Shown here piece after piece: positions 39,190-51,191 of a stretch of 64,000 nucleotides of DNA. How positions within the stretch are numbered: position 1 is the first letter of the stretch; each line of letters starts with the position of its first letter. This DNA is from Eledone cirrhosa (Eukaryota), in contig OZ024765.1 of assembly GCA_964016885.1 (NCBI GenBank), forward strand, positions 1,984,001 to 2,048,000, written 5' to 3'. The notes under the pieces are model-generated. The model searched no databases, was not told where the DNA came from, and saw only the letters and a list, made by a program, of their open reading frames with translations. The position numbers were made by a program, and so were the translations under genes.

Positions 39190-39560
39190 TCATCATCATC
39201 ATGATCGTTTAACGTCCGTGTTCCATGCTTGCATGGGTTTGGACGGGAGTTTTCCCACTTGAGGCAAGAGTGGTTGTCTTGCTCGCAGAGGACTGTCTGG
39301 CGGGTTTTCTACAGTTGGATGCCTTTCCTAACACCAACCACATTTACAGTATGGGGCCGGGAGGTTTTTACCGTGTTGCCTACACGGCCACATTACAGCG
39401 TGGACTGTCTGGCAGGTTTTCTACAGCTGGATGCCCTTCCTAACACCAACCACATTTACAGTGTGGGACTGGGACGTTTTTACCGTGTTGCCTACACGGT
39501 CACATTACAGCGTGGACTGTGTTTTTTTTTTGTCGTGACACCTACACGATCTCATTTGTT
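39186..39560 (-). mobile_element. RTE-tailed SINE subfamily with 2 x 112-bp internal repeat
   Basis: GGACTGTCTGG at 39290 and 39402; homolog at 42410-42870. Confidence 0.85.
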
Positions 39561-39915
39561 TCGGCCTGGATTTTCTGGCACCAACATAACTTTACATTGA
39601 AAGGGGCGGTGTGGATGGGGTGGGGGTGGTGGGACGGGGGTGTATTTTGTTAGAGATGCCTACTGACTGTAGTAGGTTTTACTTTGTATTTAGGTAACGC
39701 GGGTCTTCTCTATTTATATATATAAATATATATATATATAAATATATAAATATATTCATATATATATATATAAATATATATATATATAAATATATATATA
39801 TAAATATATAAATATAAATATATAAATATATATAAATATATATATATAAATATATAAATATATATATATAAATGTATGAATATATATATATAAATATATA
39901 TATATATAAATATAT

Positions 39916-40082
39916 ATCATCATCATTTCATCATCATCATTTTACGTCCGCTTCTCCCTGCTTGCAAGGGTGGAACGGGAACTGATTCTGGCTTGATTTC
40001 TACAGCTGGATGCCCTTCCTAACACCAACCTCATTTACATTGTGAGCTGGGTGCTTTTTTGCCATGGCACATCCACGACCAC
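39916..40082 (-). mobile_element. RTE-tailed SINE 3' half
   Basis: Homologous to 5148-5315. Confidence 0.85.
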
Positions 40083-40129
40083 TATATATATAAATATATA
40101 TATATATATAATTATATATATATACATAT

Positions 40130-40162
<33 letters not shown>

Positions 40163-40279
40163 AATATATATATATACATATCAATATATATATATACATA
40201 TATATATATACATATCAATATATATATATAAATATATATATAAATATATATATATATACATATCAATATATATATATAA

Positions 40280-40312
<33 letters not shown>

Positions 40313-40317
40313 CATAT

Positions 40318-40348
<31 letters not shown>

Positions 40349-40617
40349 CATATCAATATATATATATATATATACATATATAAATATATATATATATATA
40401 TACATATCAATATATATATATATATATACATATCAATATATATATATAAATATATATATAAATATATATATATAAATATATATATAAATATATATATATA
40501 TACATATCAATATATATATATAAATATATATATAAATATATATATAAATATATATATATATATACATATCAATATATATATATAAATATATATATAAATA
40601 TATATATATATACATAT

Positions 40618-40652
<35 letters not shown>

Positions 40653-40805
40653 CATATCAATATATATATAAATATATATATATATACATATCAATATATA
40701 TATATAAATATATATATAAATATATATATATATATACATATCAATATATATATATATATATATATATACATATCAATATATATATAAATATATATATATA
40801 TATAC

Positions 40806-40843
<38 letters not shown>

Positions 40844-40847
40844 CAAT

Positions 40848-40878
<31 letters not shown>

Positions 40879-40899
40879 CATATCAATATATATATATAA

Positions 40900-40934
<35 letters not shown>

Positions 40935-40955
40935 CATATCAATATATATATATAA

Positions 40956-40988
<33 letters not shown>

Positions 40989-41360
40989 CATATCAATATA
41001 TATATATAAATATATATACATATATACACATATCAATATATATATATAAATATATATATAAATATATATATAAATATATATATAAATATATATATATACT
41101 TGGGAGGGTCATATTTGTGTAATATTGCCAGAATTAATAACAGAACACACTCACTGTTTGGTTGGTTTTTGCTTCTCGCTGTCTTTTATATCTGCGATCT
41201 AACTTAATCGGTCCTCAATGTTGCCATTGACTGACCGACGGTCAAAAATAATAAAATAATAATAAAATAATAAAATAATAAAAAATAATAAAAAAAAAAA
41301 CCTCGCTAAACTAATTCATCGCCGCTATATATATATATAAATATATATATAAATATATAT

Positions 41361-41393
<33 letters not shown>

Positions 41394-41508
41394 TAAATAT
41401 AAATATATATAAATATATATATATATAACTATATATAAATATAAATAAATATAAATATATATAAATATATATAAATATAAATATATATAAATATATATAA
41501 ATATAAAA

Positions 41509-41548
<40 letters not shown>

Positions 41549-41550
<2 letters not shown>

Positions 41551-41931
41551 CTAACAACTGATGCAGGTAGTTTGTTCCATGGAGGTTTTAAAGGATGCAG
41601 TGTCTTGACAGCTAACAACTGATGCAGGTAGTTTGTTCCATGGAGGTTTTAAAGGATGCAGTGTCTCGACAGCTAACAACTGATGCAGGTAGTTTGTTCC
41701 ATGGAGGTTTTAAAGGATGTAATGTCTCGACAGCTAACAACTGATGCAGGTAGTTTGTTCCATGGAGGTTTTAAAGGATGCAGTGTCTCGACAGCTAACA
41801 ACTGATGCAGGTAGTTTGTTCCATGGAGGTTTTAAAGGATGCAGTGTCTCGACAGCTAACAACTGATGCAGGTAGTTTGTTCCGTGGAGGTTTTGAAGGA
41901 TGCAGTGTCTCGACAGCTAACAACTGATGCA
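41549..41931 (-). repeat. 61-bp tandem array (about 6.3 copies) derived from a CR1/L2-like ORF2 C-terminus
   Basis: Unit translates WNKLPASVVSCRDTASFKTS, matching the WNxLPxxVV...SFK motif. Confidence 0.7.
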
Positions 41932-41977
41932 TGGAATTCAAAAAGTTGCTCAGGGTTGTTGTTGGTAAAATGGTTCT

Positions 41978-42402
41978 TATCATTATCATCATCATCATCA
42001 TCATCATCATTTTACGTCCGCTTTTCCCTGCTTGCATGGGTTGGACGGGTCTTATTCAGCACAGCATCTCTCCACTCGTCACGGTCCTTCGTCATCTCCA
42101 CAGTGAGCTTCAATGATCTGAGGTCTGTTCTCACCACCTCTGCCCATGTTTTTCATGGTCTACCTCTACCACGTCTTCCTTCAACTGGCAATTCCTGGCA
42201 CTTCTTCACCCATCGGTCATCCTCCATGCGCATCACATGTCCATACCACCTCAGTCTCCTCTCCCGTACACTACATTCTATCCCTCTCAGACACAGTTTC
42301 TCTATCAACACTTTTATGCTGGGCCGTTCACTCACATTTACACTGCACATCCAACGGAGCATGCTTGCCTCACTTCTCTCCAGCCATCGCATATCCTCTG
42401 CA
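41978..42402 (-). mobile_element. RTE-clade LINE 3' end including native (ATG)n tail
   Basis: LERSEASMLRWMC...RRLRWYGHVMRMEDDRWVKKC...GRGRP*KTW...DRDEWR...KTRPTHASREKRT* followed by (ATG)n. Confidence 0.9.
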
Positions 42403-42409
42403 GGATATA

Positions 42410-42870
42410 TATCATCATCATCATCATCATCATCATCAGGTTTAGCGTCCGTGTTCCACGCTTGCATGGGTTTGGACGGGGGTTTTCCCACTTGAGGCAA
42501 GAGTGGTTGTCTTGCTCGCATAGGACTGTCTGGCGGGTTTTCTACAGTTGGATGCCCTTCCTAACACCAACCACATTTACAGTGTGGGGCTGGGAGGTTT
42601 TTACCGTGTTGCCTACATGGCCACATTACAGCGTGGACTGTCTGGCAGGTTTTCTACAGCTGGATGCCCTTCCTAACACCAACCACATTTACAGTGTGGG
42701 GCTGGGAGGTTTTTACCGTGTTGCCTACACGGCCACATTACAGCGTGGACTGTCTGGCAGGTTTTCTACAGCTGGATGCCCTTCCTAACACCAACCACAT
42801 TTACAGTGTGGGGCTGGGAGGTTTTTACCGTGTTGCCTACACGGCCACATTTACAGCGTGGACTGTGTTT
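42410..42870 (-). mobile_element. RTE-tailed SINE subfamily with 3 x 112-bp internal repeat
   Basis: GGACTG at 42523, 42635, 42747. Confidence 0.85.
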
Positions 42871-42876
42871 TTTATA

Positions 42877-42907
<31 letters not shown>

Positions 42908-42908
<1 letters not shown>

Positions 42909-43018
42909 AGTTTATCCCGGGTTCAATCGGAGGTAACCACAGTAAGGTACTCAATACATAGCAGAGTATAAATATTTAATATAGAAATGGCTTCTACAGG
43001 ACTAGAACTGTTTCATTT
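42908..43018 (-). mobile_element. Family D fragment
   Basis: Homologous to 15244-15402. Confidence 0.75.
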
Positions 43019-43196
43019 GGAAACTTTACAGTGGAAGTGGGAGTGGAAGGATGGATTAGGATTCTATCTCTCTCTCTCTCTCTCTCTCTCTTTACCCCCT
43101 TCTCTCTCTCTCTCTATATATATATATACATATATTTATATATTTATTTATATATATATATATATACATACATACATACATCTATCTATCTAAAAA

Positions 43197-43330
43197 AGCA
43201 CTGTAAATGAGGTTGGTGTTAGGAAGGGCATCCAGCTGTAGAAATCAAGCCAGTATCAGTTCCCGTCCCACCCCTGCAAGCAGGGAAAAGCGGACATAAA
43301 ATGATGATGATGATGATGATGATGATGATA
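43197..43330 (+). mobile_element. RTE-tailed SINE 3' fragment
   Basis: Matches 46258-46373. Confidence 0.85.
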
Positions 43331-43804
43331 TCAGTTCCACGCTGCTTACTGCTTCGTATGTTCGGTTAAAGATATCAACCCTTTCATTATCACACCATCT
43401 TGGTGTAGGACAGAAAAAAGGAGAGACGCAAAATAAAAAATTAGTCACTGAGGAGTTCACAGAATGTGTGATGAAAGGGCTTTCATAATATATTAACAAA
43501 CATCTGGTTATTGAACCAACTAACCGGAAATTTGTAATCAATTGAAAACCAACAGGTGCGTGTGTTTATATTAGCAACATGACCCTCCCAAAGTATAACA
43601 TGATGAAAGGGCTTTCATAATATATTAACAAACATCCGGTTATTGAAGCAACTAACCGGAAATCTGTAATCAATTGAAAACCAACAGGTGTGTGTGTTTA
43701 TATTGGCAACATGACCCTCCCAAAGTATAACAATATCTGCTTCAACACGTTTTCAGATAAGAAATCTTGCAAAAGAAATTAAAAAACGAACTAAAGAGAT
43801 GTAA

Positions 43805-44010
43805 ACATGAAAGGACCTGTTATTTTTATCTGAAAACATTTTTTCCGATTCCGTTCCGTCTGCCTCTTCAATCTTTCTAATTTCTCATTCTTTCTTCTGA
43901 TGAAGGACTAGCATCTGAAACATTAAAACGCTCTTCCTGCTATTTTAAACGTTAACCAAATATATTCCTTCCATATACTGTACCGATTGTGTTGTTATTT
44001 CTGTTTACCT
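43805..44010 (+). mobile_element. Family F element with CpG-decayed hammerhead
   Basis: CTGATGAAGGACTAGCATCTGAAACATT versus CTGATGAAGGACTAGCGTCCGAAACGTT in the other two copies. Confidence 0.7.
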
Positions 44011-44062
44011 TATATATATATATATGACAAGTAAGTATGTTTTGAAACAGTGAGCAGGTTTG

Positions 44063-44278
44063 AAATTAGAAATAGAATAGCTTTCACCGTATTTTTTTGA
44101 CTAAAGAAATTTTAGTCTGATAATGGGGCTTAGAACCCTCAGATAAATGGAAAATGATGAGTATTGATGTACATCAATACTCATCTTTTTCCTTTTATCT
44201 GAGGGTTCTAAGCCCCATTATCAGACTAAAATTTCTTTAGTCAAAAAAATACGGTGAAAGCTATTCTATTTCTAATTT
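44063..44278. repeat. Near-perfect 216-bp palindrome
   Basis: Centre GATGT|ACATC at 44170/44171; arms about 108 bp. Confidence 0.95.
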
Positions 44279-44454
44279 ATATATATATATAATTAGAAAG
44301 TGAACAACACAAAATATAACTACTCCATTACCAAAGGTTTCTGGATACCAGACGATAATAATATACGTCTGGATCGGTCGTCAGATGGAGATGTTATAGA
44401 TAAAAGATATATATATATATATGTGTGTGTGTGTATGTATGTATGCCATCCAAA

Positions 44455-44791
44455 CAGTACTTTTCCCCCACCTGGAAGTGAAAGGCCTACAGTTGTTGTC
44501 ACAACACCTTTCTAAGAGAGGGAAACTCTGAAAACAAAACACAAAAAAAGCTGTGGCTTCGGAAGCATCCAATGGTGACCAGTTCTCCTTTTCGGGTAGT
44601 GTTTTCGATGTTCAGAGAGTGGGATTGTCGAGTGCAAGGCCTTTCCCCACTTAAAAAAACCTTCAAAGCACAGACATTGCTTGTTCAAGATATGTTACAG
44701 GTTCGTGTGGCTTGCTGTAGCCTAAAAGTGGACTGTTTTCTGTAATCTGACAAATGATTGCAATACTCTTAGCAGCGTTTGCAGCCACCAT
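44455..44791 (+). mobile_element. Probable decayed RTE 3' end
   Basis: Ends GCAATACTCTTAGCAGCGTTTGCAGCCACCAT, shared with the zinc-finger RTE ends at 54727 and 63820. Confidence 0.55.
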
Positions 44792-44977
44792 GTGTGTGTG
44801 AGTGTGTGAGTGTGTGTGTGGTGTGGTGTGTGTGTGGATAATAGATGGAAGATAAACATTAAAGTTAGTTAATGTATGTTTCACGTGTTTGCAAAGTCAA
44901 AGAGAGCAGGGTAAGAATTAAAACAAACGAAAAGGCTATAAAGCCATATATTGATATATCGGGGATCGATATCTCAA

Positions 44978-45729
44978 TAAAAACCTTATCAAACATTAAT
45001 TTCACACAATCCTGTATCGTTAGCGACTTCCTAACATATAGGAAAATGAGTTAAGATATATTTTCAGAGTTTTTACAGTTGTTCTTGGATTTATCTCCCT
45101 TGTTATTGACGTTCTCCTTTCTCTTCATTGAAACACAGAATCAGATTTATTTACGCAAAGCTTAATTTTTTAACTTTTTTGGGGACACCCTGTATATATA
45201 GCTATTTAGATAGTGTCCCACAAAAATGTATACATACTTTGATTACTGTACAGGCAATATTTATTAAAATGCTGTTGAAGTATGTATACATTTTTGAACA
45301 CCCTGTATATATATGTTTAAATAGTGTCCCCCAAGAATGTATAGACACTTTGATTTCCTGTACAGGCGATATTTATTAGAATACTGTTGAAGTATGTATA
45401 CATTTTTTGGGGACACCCTGTATATATATGTTTAAATACTGTTCCCCCAAAATGTATACATACTTTGATTACCTGTACAGGCAATATTTATTAGAATGCT
45501 ATTGACCGGTGTATACATTTTTCTGGGACACCCTGTATATAAAAACCTTATCAAACATTAATTTCACACAATCCTGTATACTTAGCGACATTATAACATA
45601 TAGGAAAAATAAGTTAAATATATTTTCACAGTTTTTACAGTTATTCTTGTATTTATCTCCCTTGTTATTGACGTTTTCCTTTCTCTATATTGAAACAACA
45701 AATCAGATTTGTTTACGCAAAGCTTAATT
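44978..45729. repeat. Tandem Tc1-type MITEs (45175-45535) between ~190-bp direct repeats
   Basis: GGGACACCCTGTATA recurs about every 118 bp; 44978-45168 is repeated at 45540-45729. Confidence 0.8.
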
Positions 45730-45942
45730 CTTTATATAGTATCGATAATACTTTGATGAATCTATTCGATTTTTTTTTTTTGTTATATTTTTACTGATTT
45801 TTATTTCATTAATTTATTTATTTATATATTTATTTGTGTGTGATTTTTGAAAAGTATTGATTGTTGAGATTTTGTAGAAATAACTTTCATCACCTAGACT
45901 TTTAACACCCACACAGACACACACATATATGTGTGTGTGTGG

Positions 45943-45973
<31 letters not shown>

Positions 45974-45985
45974 ATCTTTATACAC

Positions 45986-46037
<52 letters not shown>

Positions 46038-46038
46038 G

Positions 46039-46373
46039 GAGGCACATGGCTTAGTGGTTAGAGCATTGGCCTTGCAATCGAAAGGTTGTGAGTTCAATTC
46101 TCAGACTGGGTGATGTGTTGTTTCCTTGAGCAAAACACTTTATTTCACATTGCTCCAGTTTACTCAGCTATAGAAATGAGATGATAGGGACTGGGGTTCC
46201 TATCATTCCACTGCAAAGTGGTCGTGGAGGCGCCACGGCAAAAAAGCACCCAGCACTCACTGTAAATGAGGTTGGTGTTAGGAAGGGCATCCAGCTGTAG
46301 AAATCAAGCCAGAATCAGTTCCCGTCCCACCCTTGCAAGCAAGGAAAGGTGGACGTAAAATGATGATGATGAT
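46039..46373 (+). mobile_element. Full-length tRNA-CORE SINE with RTE-derived tail
   Basis: A box TGGCTTAGTGG, B box GAGTTCAATTC, core TCCTTGAGCAAAACACTT, tail GGACGTAAAA(TGA)n. Confidence 0.9.
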
Positions 46374-46485
46374 ATATATGTATACTTCTTTATTTATATA
46401 TACATATATACACACACATATAAATATATATATGAGTGTGTATACATATGTGTATATATATATATACACACACATATCAATATAC

Positions 46486-46520
<35 letters not shown>

Positions 46521-46546
46521 CATCTTTCTCTCTCTATCTCTCTCTA

Positions 46547-46580
<34 letters not shown>

Positions 46581-46970
46581 CATACATACCACTTTGTATA
46601 ACTGAAAATTATAAAGAAAGCCTGGGTTGTGTTTGTGTTGGGGTAAAAAACACAGAAGAGCTTCTCTACTTAAGCGGACGTAAAAATGATGATGATGATA
46701 TATATATAGATATAAACGAGTCCGATTTAGATCGCCATATCGCTATACAGCAGTTGAAAGAAGACACAGGTGAGAGACAAAGATTGTGGGAAGACATACG
46801 TAAGATCCACCAATATTTAATATTACCTTTAAGTACAAATACTATCACGATACCTGTCTGTATTTCTTAACTGCCGTTAATTGCAACCTAGCAAAAAGAT
46901 CAGGTGTTTGGCTTTTTCTGATAAATTATATATTACATATTGCGACATTTGAGGGGGTCATATGATTGGG

Positions 46971-47031
<61 letters not shown>

Positions 47032-47490
47032 TATTCAGGTTGTCAAATGTGATGAGTGCTTTATTAATTATACAGAAAGTTTTTCAACCTGGAAAATAAT
47101 GTCAGTGGTTGTCAAAATGTTTGCTTGGATATTTTCAATAGATTCTTAATTTTCATTTCCATCTATCTATCTATCTGTTTATCTATCTGTTTATCTATCT
47201 GTTTATCTATCTGTTTATCTATCTATCTGTTTATATTTCTGACAAGGATTAATCAAATTAAAACCAAACTTAACCCTTTAGCATTCACATTACTCTATAT
47301 ATACTATTATATGTTCATGGTAAAGGCTTTACCTCACATAATTATCTCACCTAATATCGAATCTATGAGATTTTGAAAGTATTTATTTTGAGAACAATAC
47401 CTTAACATCAGTTTGAGTGACCAGTTACAGCCAGTTTCAACAGAAAAAGGATCTGTCTATTTATCTATCTGTCTATCTATCTATCTATCT

Positions 47491-48162
47491 TTATGAAAGG
47501 TAGGTGAAAGTGGCGAGAATGGCCCGAGTGAATGGGCTTTCTCTCTATATCAGCCTGTAGGTTGAGGAAAAAGAGGAGGAGAAGAAAGGAGTACAAACTC
47601 TTCGTACTCCTGAAGATGAGGGTTGCACATTTTTTTCGGGGGGTATGTGTTACCCATATGTAATGTCTCCCCCTATTGGGGAAAATCGACTAATTTTTAA
47701 ATTACATTTGTGATAATATTTTACACGTTTTTATTGTATGTAAACTTCCCCCTTTGTATTTGTCCCCTTCTTTTGTGCCCCTGTGGCTAATAAAGAAACA
47801 TATCTATCTATCTGTTTATCTATCTGTCTATCTATCCATCTGTCCACCAACCTGTCTATCTGTCAAATGGCCCCAGTAAATGGTCCTTCTTTGTATATAA
47901 ACCTGTAGATTGAGGAAGACAAAAAAAGTGAAGACGGCAACACCTACAAAACGTGTTCCTGGTGTTGAGGGTTGTTCTATCCACGGGGTGTAAAAACAAC
48001 CCTGCAGTAACGCCCCCCCCCCCCTATTGGGATTTCAATTGTTATTTTATTATATATAGTTTATTGTTATTTATTAATGTTAAAGTTATTTTTATGTAAA
48101 ACCTGCGCCGTCACGTCTTGTAATGTCCCATTTTTGTACGCCCCTGTGGCAAATAAAGAAAT
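47491..48162 (+). mobile_element. Two tandem Tx1/L1-like LINE 3' ends in (ATCT)n
   Basis: Copies at 47491-47800 and 47866-48162. Both read MA(R/P)VNGxSLYI(S/N)L*, then a UTR ending CCCCTGTGGC(T/A)AATAAAGAAA. Confidence 0.55.
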
Positions 48163-48220
48163 CTCTCTATCTCTCTCTCTATCTACCCACCTACCTATAT
48201 ATATATATATATATATATAT

Positions 48221-48749
48221 CTAAGGTGGGTAAAATTCCCGAGATCTATGAACGAGTTCTCTCCAGCGGTCTCTGTCTCTCATCATCGCTGCCATGTCCT
48301 GCATCTCCAACAGACCAGTGTCTGTCCTTAGGGCATCAACATATGTTAACCTCGGTCTACCTCTTCCAGTGTGTCTATGTAGGGGCTCCCACAGGAGCAT
48401 TGAGTGCAATGTCAACTCTGGATGTTGGTGAGCATGTCCAGCTAACCTCAGTCTCCTCTGTGTCACTTTTGAGCTGACTTTTGGGATGCTCCCATACTTT
48501 GGGAGCAAAGATTGGGAATACGGAGGATGATGTGGTTGAGAGGAAGAGCAAAGCCTGGGCAGCGTGCCACAGCTTGAGATCGGTGTGGAAGTCGGACCTT
48601 CGTAAAGACCTGAAAATCCGCCTCTTCATTGGTGTAGTGGGGTCTGTGCTGCTGTATGGGTCTGAGACTTGGACACTGACCAAGAAACTCACTCAGATGG
48701 TGGATGGGTGCTACAGGAGAATGCTGAGGATGACTCTGAACATTAATCA

Positions 48750-48754
<5 letters not shown>
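48221..48754. mobile_element. RTE LINE with 5' inversion
   Basis: 3' part on the minus strand (48221-48497, YGSIPKV...EFYPP*); upstream part on the plus strand (48498-48754, LGAKIGNTEDDV...NINQY). Confidence 0.9.
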
Positions 48755-48802
<48 letters not shown>

Positions 48803-48873
48803 TATATATATATATATTATATATTATGAAATACTGTTGGCTTCTTGCTCACATTAATTTCTCTATTTTCATT

Positions 48874-48942
<69 letters not shown>

Positions 48943-49089
48943 ATATATGGTAGTCTACTAACAAAATTCTTTCCAGTTCCGTGAACAATAAACTTCTTCT
49001 CACCTGAGTACCTGGTTTAATTAGAAAAAAAATTGTTCTGGAATCAATTAGATTAAAACAAGGATATGTATATAATGAGCAAATACGTT

Positions 49090-49154
<65 letters not shown>

Positions 49155-49474
49155 ATGTGCGTGTGTATGTATATATTTGTATATATATATATGTATGGAT
49201 ATATATATATAATATATATATATACACATATATATGCATGCATATATACCTACATACATATATAAACATATATATATATATATATATATACATATATTAA
49301 ACTTACATACATACATATGTGTGTGTATATATGTGGGCTGTGTTTAGTGAGGTATAAATTTAAAATATTAACCTCAATGTATGTGGCCATACTCAGACTC
49401 TATTGATAGAAAGTTGTGACACTAATGTATATCATCATCATCATCATCATCATCATTTTACGTCCGCTTTTAAA

Positions 49475-49593
<119 letters not shown>

Positions 49594-49860
49594 TATATAT
49601 ATATATACATATATATATTTATATACTTACACACACATATATATATATATACATACATGTATATAGGCATACACATATACAATAATATATGTATGTATGC
49701 ATATATATGTTTCTATGAATAAAATAAATTATATGCGAGAGGAAGACATGTCTAATTTTCTGAAGATGGAAACCAATTTAGAACAGCTCAGGGCCGTACT
49801 TACAGAGTATATATATATATATATACACACACACATATATATATATACACACATTTATAT

Positions 49861-49913
<53 letters not shown>

Positions 49914-49922
49914 TATATAAAA

Positions 49923-49953
<31 letters not shown>

Positions 49954-50002
49954 CATATATATATACATATATATATATATATACATACATATATATATAT
50001 AA

Positions 50003-50057
<55 letters not shown>

Positions 50058-50090
50058 CACATATACATATATATATATTTATACACATAC

Positions 50091-50255
<165 letters not shown>

Positions 50256-50280
50256 CACATATATATATATATATATATAT

Positions 50281-50458
50281 ATAGGAACCAGTAAGACCCC
50301 GACAGCTGAGCTCAAGCCGTTTCGACGGCTTAGCCGTCGAAACGGCTTGAGCTCAGCTGTCGGGGTCTTACTGGTTCCTATTACCCACTCTACTACCTCA
50401 AGTATTGAGTACTTTGGTGCGTTTTGGTCCACCTGGTTCCTTACCACATTTCCTTCGT

Positions 50459-50461
<3 letters not shown>
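50281..50461 (+). mobile_element. Family A element with perfect fold-back
   Basis: 50281-50381 palindrome centred on CGGCTTAGCCG. Confidence 0.88.
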
Positions 50462-50522
<61 letters not shown>

Positions 50523-50539
50523 AATATGTATATATATAC

Positions 50540-50612
<73 letters not shown>

Positions 50613-50629
50613 AATATATATATATATAC

Positions 50630-50660
<31 letters not shown>

Positions 50661-50996
50661 CATACATATATGCAGTATATATATATATATATACATATAT
50701 ATAAATATATATATATATATATAGAGAGAGTAATGTGATGAGATGGATGGAGCACACCGTTTCTAAATCTTAAGCCTCAGTCAAATGCCACGAAGAACGA
50801 CAAACTGTCTACGACCATCCAGAATCTCCCCGCCACTACATCCCAAGCAGATGTATAAAACATAGTATTTAAAAAGTACAGCATCCCTTTGAGTTATAAC
50901 CACAATAATGGTTTATTTAATTGAAACAAAATGGCGGAAATATGTAAAACTTTCCCAATGGTGATATTATCAGAAGGACATTATAAATCTATATAA

Positions 50997-51186
50997 GGGC
51001 GGTGGATTGGCAGTATCGGTAGAATGTCGGACGCCATGCTTTGACGTATAGAGTTACGGCCCTTGCCATTCTGAGTTCAAATCCCGTCGCGGTTAACTTT
51101 GCCTTTCATTCTTACGGGGTCGATAAAATAAAGTACCAGTAATGCACTGGGTATTTGCTGGCCTTGTGCCAAACGTAGAAACAATT
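50997..51186 (+). mobile_element. Full-length tRNA SINE (second family) with TSD
   Basis: A box TGGCAGTATCGG, B box GAGTTCAAATCCC; flanking direct repeat ATTATAAATCT(A/C)TATA. Confidence 0.9.
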
Positions 51187-51191
51187 ATAAA

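Noticed and set aside
46039-46110. tRNA gene
   Set aside because: A/B boxes belong to a SINE head that continues into core and tail; no convincing cloverleaf.
49750-49776. CTGAAGATGGAAAC as a hammerhead
   Set aside because: No stem II between the two core halves; at best a deleted remnant.
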